Source: Prochlorococcus sp. MIT 0801 (GTDB lineage: Bacteria; Cyanobacteriota; Cyanobacteriia; PCC-6307; Cyanobiaceae). From it: a stretch of DNA of 32,000 nt. Location of the stretch: positions 480,001 to 512,000 of the forward strand of contig NZ_CP007754.1 of the NCBI RefSeq assembly GCF_000757865.1, written 5' to 3'. Made by a program: the position numbers and the translations under genes. Each line of letters begins with the position of its first letter. The stretch's first letter is position 1. The notes beneath the pieces are model-generated. The model searched no databases. It was not told where the DNA came from and was given only the letters and a program-made list of their open reading frames with translations. Shown one piece after another: positions 1-7,144 of this stretch.

Positions 1-1384
1 AGAAAATAAAAGACTTCTGATATATACCAAATTCTTCTACTTTAAATGTTCTATTTGAGATAGATAATGTATCATCATTACATTGATAATTATCTGGCAT
101 ATAAATAACTTCTTCAGAATAATATTTCTTATACTCTTGAGGGATTAAATTTTTATCTGCGATTATATAGTCAATTACTTCAGAACCAGTAGTGCAAGGA
201 TAGCCTAAATAAGAAATTTGGATTGGAGCTGGTTTGTATGCAAAAATTCCATGTCGGCTGCTATCTGAATAGCCCATTAAATCAATAGCTATATCAATTT
301 CATCTGATACAACTAATTCAGCAACTTCTAAGTCGTTCAGTTTCTCAACATCACGATAAGAATCCGAGGCATAAATAATACGGTTAGTATAATTATCATG
401 CTTACTTCCAACTAATGAATAAGAAAATAACTTAAATTTATCCCTATTATGTAATTCTAAAACTCTTACGAGCAAATGAGAAACAGCATGTTCGTAAAAA
501 TTACCAGAGAAGTATCCTATGCGGATTCTTTTATGCTGTTTAAGTCTTAACGAAAACCTCTTTCTTTTAAAGTTATGATCAAAATATCGCCTGGCTCTAA
601 TCAATTGCCGACTTGGAGAATCTTCCATAGAAAGAATACCCATAGGACTTATAGGTATCCCCTTAATCCCTAACTCGTTTAACCATAATCTCCTGGTATT
701 AAAATTACTCCAGTCGCAAATCTCTCTTTCAAACATTATTAAAGCCTTTTGAATTGAATAATTTTTATTATCTATTTTTAAGCCTTTTTTCAAAAGAGAT
801 ATAGACTCATAATTATTCTTTAATTTATGATTAGATAATGCTAAATTTAGATATGTATCAGAATAATTATCATTAATTTCAAGAGATTTCATATAACTAT
901 CTAAAGCCTTATTATAAAAACCTTGTTTATAATATAAATTACCAATATTATAAAAAAGTATAAAGGACTTATTATTAATTTCTAGTGCTAGAGAATAAGC
1001 TTTATAAGCTCCCTTATGATCATCTAGATATTGTCTTGCAAGTCCAAGATTACATAATGCATCGAAGTAATCTGGTTTAATTTTAATTGCATTTTCATAA
1101 GCAGAAACTGCATAAGAGTAATTTTTTTGATTTTTAAATGCTAATCCTAATATCGACCATGCACTATAAGAATTTTTATTTAACGTTATAGCTTTTTTAC
1201 AAAAAACTATAACGTTTTTCCAATCTTTATTCTTCGCATAGATAAAAGCGAGATTTTTATAATCATTATGATCAGCCAAGTTTAAGGAAATTAATTTATT
1301 ATAAATGTCCTTAGCTGATTGATATTCTCCTTTTTCAATATAACTTCTTGCAAGAGAATTTTCCTTATCCTTATTGAACGCCAT
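1..1384 (-). CDS. TPR-repeat protein fused to an OGT/SPINDLY-type (GT41) glycosyltransferase domain; partial, C-terminus runs off the window
   Basis: Absent from the ORF track because it has no stop in the window. My hand translation of the minus strand from the ATG at 1384..1382 stays open to position 1 (461 codons). It reads MAFNKDKENSLARSYIEKGEYQSAKDIYNKL..., then several TPR-like repeats. It continues RIGYFSGNFYEHAVSHLLVRVLELHNRDKFKLFSYS ... DIAIDLMGYSDSSRHGIFAYKPAPIQISYLGYPCTTGSEVIDYIIADKNLIP, which matches the conserved core of SPINDLY/OGT family glycosyltransferases. The start lies 17 nt after the stop of the upstream 1146-aa gene, so the two look like an operon. Confidence 0.8.
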   Translation of the reverse strand, partial: MAFNKDKENSLARSYIEKGEYQSAKDIYNKLISLNLADHNDYKNLAFIYAKNKDWKNVIVFCKKAITLNKNSYSAWSILGLAFKNQKNYSYAVSAYENAIKIKPDYFDALCNLGLARQYLDDHKGAYKAYSLALEINNKSFILFYNIGNLYYKQGFYNKALDSYMKSLEINDNYSDTYLNLALSNHKLKNNYESISLLKKGLKIDNKNYSIQKALIMFEREICDWSNFNTRRLWLNELGIKGIPISPMGILSMEDSPSRQLIRARRYFDHNFKRKRFSLRLKQHKRIRIGYFSGNFYEHAVSHLLVRVLELHNRDKFKLFSYSLVGSKHDNYTNRIIYASDSYRDVEKLNDLEVAELVVSDEIDIAIDLMGYSDSSRHGIFAYKPAPIQISYLGYPCTTGSEVIDYIIADKNLIPQEYKKYYSEEVIYMPDNYQCNDDTLSISNRTFKVEEFGIYQKSFIF

Positions 1385-1401
1385 ATAAAAGGTTATGGAA
1401 T

Positions 1402-4400
1402 TTAAATAGATCCTATATCTTTGTATTTTACTCTTTTGGATAAGATATTAATAGCAGGCTGTAAGAGTTCATTATAATTAATCCAACCTCCTAATGATTT
1501 TGAATTAATTGGGGACCTAGCCTGAACACTACTAGCTGTACTAATATTCCTCTTAGTGAGATGCGGAAATTGATATTCGTTATTCCATTCCCAACCAAGC
1601 CAACGTATTAATTTCCGGATTTGATAAGAAGGATTTAAAACTAGTTTATCGTAATTTAACATATATATATTTGACGGAAACTTCGATTTATATTTTAATA
1701 TAGTATCTTCTTGTTCAAGATAAAGTCTTGCAGTCTCTTCTAGTGAAGAAGAAAAATGATTTCCCCGATTATCAAAGTTAGCTCTATAAATCGAAAGAAT
1801 ATTATCTAAGGGGTGCCTATAACAATTAATAATCCTAGAATTAGGTATTAAAGAGCAAATTATACCTGCATATTGATAATTAAAAAGCCATTTATCAGTA
1901 CTAATAGAAGAATTAATTCGATTATGATTCATTTTTTGAATGTAAATTTCAGATAATTTTTTATCTAATACATTTTTATTATTATATTCTTCAAAAGAAT
2001 TCTCAAGAATATTCGTTTCTCCTAAATCAAAAACATCCTTATTCATATTCAAAATAGACTCTAAAAGTGTAGATCCACTTCTTGGCATACCAACAATAAA
2101 AATATGATTAAATTGATTATTAGATATGTTACTCTGATTGTAATAAGTATTAGATATAGCCATTAATTGTTGAGATTTTTGTATTAAGAAATCTGAATCT
2201 GATTTAAATACATTCATCTTATATTGATTGGCTTTTGTTAAAGATAATTGACTATCATTATATTTAGATAAACTATGTTGAATATTTGATCTAGCAAAAT
2301 ATATATGAGATAAACTAATTAAGGATTGATCTTTAAGAATTTCATCAGAGAATAATATATTAAGTATATCTTTATTAAAAGATGAGCTGGCAACAACAGA
2401 TAAAGCATAATAGGCCTTTGCTAATTTTGGATTAATCCTTATTGCCGATTCAATTGACTCTTGAGATTCTCTAATCCTACCCGTATCTCTTAAAATATTA
2501 CCCAAGTTTAAATAAGCTTCAGAAGAATTAGAGTTTATTGAAATAGATTTTTTTATTGTTTGCTCAGCAATTCCTAAGTCACCAAGATCAATATATATAG
2601 CAGAAAGATTTAAATAATAATCTCCTTTTGAGGGATTTAATTTAATTGCCTTTAAAACTGATTTCTTAGCTTGTAGGAAATCTCCAAGATCTCTTTCAAT
2701 AACACCTTTAATTGAATAGGCTTCTGAAAATTCTGGAGTTATATCTATAGCTTTAAGACATAACCTTAATGCCGAGTTTAAGTCTCCAATATCCCTCATA
2801 ATGCTTGCAAGATCAATAATATATTTTGAATTTTTTGGATCAATTGAAATCGATTTCTCAATATATCTTCTAGCTTTAGCAAATTGATTTAATCCTTTTA
2901 AGATAGATGCATAAACAGAATTAGTATGTGCTGAATCTGGGTTAATATAAAGAGAATCCTCTATATATTTTTTTGCCTTTAAATATTTTCCAATCATTAA
3001 ATAAACAATAGAAATATTTGTTAACAAATCAGCACTTTTTGGATATGTTTTAATTCCCTCTTTGTAAATATTTAGAGATAAAATATATTCGTTATTTTCA
3101 AATAATATACCACCATATCTTAAGAACAAATCAATATGATTATAATTATTATTATGACATAACTGATATAACTCTTTAGCTTTCTCAATATTATTATTGT
3201 CATGAAATTGTACTGCCTTTTTAAATATATTTGTTTGTATAAACTTACATTTTTCTTTCACGAAATTATCTTTATTAACTATTCTCATTGCGGGTCCCAG
3301 CATCATTTTATAATTCTTCCATCCATCTAATGATTTCTTATTAATAGGTTCTCGTACTTGAACATTACTAGCTGTTGATACAGTACGGTAATTAAGATGA
3401 GGAGTTAAATATTCATCCATCCAATTAAATCCAATCCATTCTATTAATGATTTGATTTCTTTATCAGGGTTCTTAATTAGAGCATCATAATCAAAACTAT
3501 AAATCAGGTCAGAATACTTTTGTTTATATAAATCCATTATAATCTGATGATTTAAATATACTTTAGAACATTCTCTAATGGAAGAAGCATAATGATTACC
3601 AGTTGCAAAATGAGCTCTATATATTGATAAAATATTATCTAATGGGTTTCTATAGCAATAGATAATTCTGGAATTTTTTATCAACTTAGAAATTACACCA
3701 GTATATTGATAATTGTATAACCACTTATTAGTTGTTATATTGGCTTCAGTTATTTTAAGAATATTTTGCTTATATATAGTGTATAAATTTGAATCAATGT
3801 TATTTTCAATATTTTGTTTCCATTGATAAAATGACTTTTCTAAAATATCTTTTTCACCTAAATCAAAGATTTGATTATTTCTAGTTAATATTGACTCTAG
3901 CAATGTTGATCCACATCTTGGCATACCAACAATAAATATAAATTCAATTTTATTATCTAGATCACTCTGATTATAATGGTCAGATTCTAAATATAAATAT
4001 CTACTTTTTTCTAATATTGGATTAATAATTGGTGGATCTAATTTAGCTTTTATATCGTTAGCAATATTAAGAGAAGATTGACTATCAAAATATTTTCTTC
4101 TTTTATGTAAAATATTAGCTCTAGCAAAGAAAATATTGCTTTTACTTTTTTCATTTTGATTAACCAAAATTTCCTTTGAAAAGAGAAACTTAATACAATC
4201 TTCTTTAGGATTAAATTGCTTAATCTCTGTGATCGATAAATAAGCTTTTGAATATTTGGGTGAAATCTCTATAACGTTTGATAAATAGTTTATTGCTTTT
4301 TTGAAGTCACCAAGATCTTTATATAATATTCCGAGATTATAATTAGCATCTGCATATTTAGAGTCTAACTTAATAGCTTTTGTTAGATATTTAATTGCTT

Positions 4401-4842
4401 CATCATATTCAGATTGTTCTTTTAAAGTGATACCTAAATTATTATATAAACTAGCTAAATTTGGATTAATTTTTATTCCTTTTTTTAATATTATTTTTGC
4501 CTTATTTAATTCTCCCATTTGATAATATAACGACCCAAGATTACTATAGGCATCAACAAATTTAGGGAAATAGTTAATAGATTTTATATACAGATCAATT
4601 GCATCATCTAATTTATTCTCAATTTGTAAAATAGCGGCATAGTTAGTAAAAACTGAAGGGTTTTTTATGTCTGCCTCTACTAAATATATATAACAAGATT
4701 TAGCATTTATAATATCTCCATTTAAATGAAAAGATATTCCAAATTCAATTAATTCATTTTCACTATATCCTTCAAAATCTAAACTTTCAATTAATTTACC
4801 ATCGATAGTGTAAATATATTTTTTTCTAATAATCTCTTTCAT
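1402..4842 (-). CDS. Double-module TPR-sulfotransferase (two TPR-array plus PAPS-type sulfotransferase units in one 1146-aa polypeptide)
   Basis: ORF track, 1146 aa. It carries two PAPS 5-prime-phosphosulfate-binding loops, GMPRCGST (nt 3904..3927) and GMPRSGST (nt 2068..2091). Each is followed by RNPLDNILSIYRA / RHPLDNILSIYRA and a C-terminal STAS-VQ-R-PIN-KS-GGW-NY motif. Each is preceded by 5-7 TPR-like repeats (NLG..Y...G....A...Y.KAI.I.P). Confidence 0.85.
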   Translation of the reverse strand: MKEIIRKKYIYTIDGKLIESLDFEGYSENELIEFGISFHLNGDIINAKSCYIYLVEADIKNPSVFTNYAAILQIENKLDDAIDLYIKSINYFPKFVDAYSNLGSLYYQMGELNKAKIILKKGIKINPNLASLYNNLGITLKEQSEYDEAIKYLTKAIKLDSKYADANYNLGILYKDLGDFKKAINYLSNVIEISPKYSKAYLSITEIKQFNPKEDCIKFLFSKEILVNQNEKSKSNIFFARANILHKRRKYFDSQSSLNIANDIKAKLDPPIINPILEKSRYLYLESDHYNQSDLDNKIEFIFIVGMPRCGSTLLESILTRNNQIFDLGEKDILEKSFYQWKQNIENNIDSNLYTIYKQNILKITEANITTNKWLYNYQYTGVISKLIKNSRIIYCYRNPLDNILSIYRAHFATGNHYASSIRECSKVYLNHQIIMDLYKQKYSDLIYSFDYDALIKNPDKEIKSLIEWIGFNWMDEYLTPHLNYRTVSTASNVQVREPINKKSLDGWKNYKMMLGPAMRIVNKDNFVKEKCKFIQTNIFKKAVQFHDNNNIEKAKELYQLCHNNNYNHIDLFLRYGGILFENNEYILSLNIYKEGIKTYPKSADLLTNISIVYLMIGKYLKAKKYIEDSLYINPDSAHTNSVYASILKGLNQFAKARRYIEKSISIDPKNSKYIIDLASIMRDIGDLNSALRLCLKAIDITPEFSEAYSIKGVIERDLGDFLQAKKSVLKAIKLNPSKGDYYLNLSAIYIDLGDLGIAEQTIKKSISINSNSSEAYLNLGNILRDTGRIRESQESIESAIRINPKLAKAYYALSVVASSSFNKDILNILFSDEILKDQSLISLSHIYFARSNIQHSLSKYNDSQLSLTKANQYKMNVFKSDSDFLIQKSQQLMAISNTYYNQSNISNNQFNHIFIVGMPRSGSTLLESILNMNKDVFDLGETNILENSFEEYNNKNVLDKKLSEIYIQKMNHNRINSSISTDKWLFNYQYAGIICSLIPNSRIINCYRHPLDNILSIYRANFDNRGNHFSSSLEETARLYLEQEDTILKYKSKFPSNIYMLNYDKLVLNPSYQIRKLIRWLGWEWNNEYQFPHLTKRNISTASSVQARSPINSKSLGGWINYNELLQPAINILSKRVKYKDIGSI

Positions 4843-5130
4843 TATTCTTGAAAAACCTAGAAAATAGAAATTACTAATTAATTAGAGAAGAAACATAGAA
4901 AATATAGAAAAGGATGGTGAAACTCATTTGTTTAAATAATTAAAAATTATGGAGCCATGAATAATTGAGTCTCTAAGGAAATGTTTGACATAGAGCTTGT
5001 TTAACAACTGAGCCATGGCCCAAATCTTAGTTATTGAAATGATCGCAAACAATCTAAAAAACATTGTTATTATACTTTACCATCAAAAAACACCAATACA
5101 CATCGAGTAAAAAACCAATGCTAATTAGAT

Positions 5131-5152
5131 TCTCCGGTAAATCTCCGGTGAA
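5131..5152. repeat. Tandem 11-bp direct repeat TCTCCGGTAAA / TCTCCGGTGAA in a divergent intergenic region
   Basis: Read directly: tctccggtaaa (5131..5141) followed immediately by tctccggtgaa (5142..5152), with one mismatch. It has a GC-rich core in an otherwise AT-rich 476-bp spacer between divergently transcribed TPR-enzyme genes. Confidence 0.6.
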
Positions 5153-5318
5153 TTTGTCACAATTGCTAATTACTTATGTACTAATGGATTGAGTCTAATT
5201 CCATCTCGCAAAAAGATCAACTTCTACTTGATTGTAGCCTTTCAATTTCTTTTGAAATTAAAAAACCAATTTTAATATATAATTATCATTAATAGACCCT
5301 TAAAAACCATCAATAGAC

Positions 5319-7013
5319 GTGAGTAATAGGAAAAAAGTTAAAAGAACTGAAAGATATAAATTCCCCACCTTCTCAGTGCCATTTAATTTAGATGAAATCA
5401 AGGAAAATTTTACTATTAATACAAACACTACATCTAATATTTCTAAGGATGTCCTTAATCAAGCATTTAATGCTCATACAAATGGAAATATTAAAGAAGC
5501 TATAGAATCTTATCAATATCTTATCAGTCAAGGATTTAATGATCCCAGAGTTTATTTAAACTATGGAAGTATATTGAAAAATCTTGGAAAATTAGAGGAA
5601 GCAGAATTAATAATCCGTAAAGGTATAGAACTAAATCCTAACTTTGCTATGGGTTATTTTAATTTAGGAATTATTTTAATAGATCTTTCTAAACCTAATG
5701 AAGCAGAGTTAGCAACTAGAGAAGGAATAAAACTTAATCCAAATTTTGCTATAGGTTACTTTAATTTGGGAATTATCTTAAAAACTCTTGGGAAAATGAA
5801 TGAGGCAGTATTAGCGATAAATAAAGCTATTGAATTAAATCCAAATCATTCTAATTCATATTTTCATCTTGGAACTATATTAAATATTCTAGGTCAAAAG
5901 AAAGAAGCAGAGATAGAAATTAAAAAAGCTATTAAAATCAATCCAAATTTTTTAGAAGCTTATATTAACTTAGGAATAATTTTAAGAGATCTTGGTAAAA
6001 TAAAGGAAGCAATATTGGTGACAAGAAGAGCTATTGAAGTTGACCCTAACATTGCTGAATCTTATTCTAACCTCGGATCATTATTAGTTGATCTAGGTAA
6101 TCTTGATGAAGCAGAAATTGCAATGAATAAAGCAATTACTATAAATCCTAATAATATGAAATTTAAGTCAAATTTGATAAGCCTACTTAGTATCTATAAA
6201 CCATGTGATAATAATTCTAATCAATTATATATTATCAATGAGGAATTTAACAAAATTAATCTTTCTTATAGTGATAGTGAATTTATTAGTGATATTAAAG
6301 TAATGAATATTTATAGAAAAGGATTAGAAATTTATAAGAAACATAATCTATCTTTGGAGACCGATGCTTATCAAATATATAGAAGTAATGAGATAAATCT
6401 AAATTGTGAAAGACATCATATGGTTTTTGAAAAAAATAAGATAATCCCAGCATTTTGTTTCAATTGTTATAAAGTTCAAATTGAAACTAATTCAATAATA
6501 GAATTTATTAAAATATTCTTAGTATTTAATCGAATAAAATTAGAAAATAACAATACTAGAAAATGTATGGTTGAATTGAGACCAAATATTCCAGGTTTTT
6601 ATAAAGGTTTGATTTATTGTAGTGATTTAAATGAAGCATATCTTATTTCTAATCAGCTAGATAATATTATTCAAAAAAATGTTAGAAGCAACTTACAGTC
6701 GATAGTTAAAAGAGGTTGTTCTGAATTCCAAAAAGAATTCCCTGAATATAAAGAGATAAATAGATTTGGAAGTCAAACAATGGAATATAATAAAGAATGG
6801 AGAAGAATTGAAAATGAAGCTGACAAGGGTTATGGAAACTGGGGTAAATCTCATAAAACTATAAATGAATTTAATTTAAATAACTTTCTTATTATGAGAA
6901 ACTGGTTAGCTTATGCTCATAAGATAGGGGATAAAAGTATATATAAAATATCCGAAGAAATAATAAAAGGTACAGAAAAGTTTAAATATTTGAATAGATC
7001 TATTAATACTTAG
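5319..7013 (+). CDS. TPR-repeat protein with an unassigned Cys/His-containing C-terminal domain
   Basis: ORF track, 564 aa, with a GTG start at 5319 and no nearby ATG. Residues ~45-290 are TPR repeats and are identical to the paralog at 7145..9223 through LGNLDEAE. Residues ~295-564 carry no motif I can assign to a known family. They contain C363-x2-H366-H367-x12-C380-x2-C383 (CERHH...CFNCYKV). Confidence 0.75.
   Translation: MSNRKKVKRTERYKFPTFSVPFNLDEIKENFTINTNTTSNISKDVLNQAFNAHTNGNIKEAIESYQYLISQGFNDPRVYLNYGSILKNLGKLEEAELIIRKGIELNPNFAMGYFNLGIILIDLSKPNEAELATREGIKLNPNFAIGYFNLGIILKTLGKMNEAVLAINKAIELNPNHSNSYFHLGTILNILGQKKEAEIEIKKAIKINPNFLEAYINLGIILRDLGKIKEAILVTRRAIEVDPNIAESYSNLGSLLVDLGNLDEAEIAMNKAITINPNNMKFKSNLISLLSIYKPCDNNSNQLYIINEEFNKINLSYSDSEFISDIKVMNIYRKGLEIYKKHNLSLETDAYQIYRSNEINLNCERHHMVFEKNKIIPAFCFNCYKVQIETNSIIEFIKIFLVFNRIKLENNNTRKCMVELRPNIPGFYKGLIYCSDLNEAYLISNQLDNIIQKNVRSNLQSIVKRGCSEFQKEFPEYKEINRFGSQTMEYNKEWRRIENEADKGYGNWGKSHKTINEFNLNNFLIMRNWLAYAHKIGDKSIYKISEEIIKGTEKFKYLNRSINT
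5366..6117 (+). repeat. Copy 1 of a 752-bp near-identical direct repeat (TPR-coding module)
   Basis: Base-by-base comparison with 7198..7949 (offset 1832). I found a single difference, T at 5477 versus C at 7309, a synonymous His codon. Flanks on both sides do not align. Confidence 0.9.
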
Positions 7014-7144
7014 AATACATTAAATTTAATCAATTAAGAATGTATACTTCAAAGTTTGAAAAATTTTTTGAAGATCTATTATAAAATCAGAACAAAATAT
7101 GTTAAAATTTAAGAAATTTTTTATAGGTCAAGTATAAATCTCAT

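Noticed and set aside
4951-5021. tRNA-like stretch on the minus strand (GGGCCATGGCTCAGTTGTTAAAC...TTCATGGCTCCA) that might be a tRNA gene or an island-integration scar
   Set aside because: A 7-bp acceptor-like pairing exists, but it comes largely from two GAGCCATG direct repeats containing the palindrome CCATGG. I could not fold a D arm (no GCTC/GAGC pairing), a 5-bp anticodon stem with a 7-nt loop, or a T arm with a TTCGAAT-like loop. At best it is a heavily degraded remnant. tRNAscan-SE or ARAGORN, plus comparison with the genome's tRNA set, would settle it.
7047-7073. Inverted repeat CTTCAAA-(13 nt)-TTTGAAG after the 5319..7013 gene, considered as a terminator
   Set aside because: The 7-bp stem is almost all A/T, the loop is large, and no downstream T-tract follows. 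Such pairings are expected by chance in this composition.
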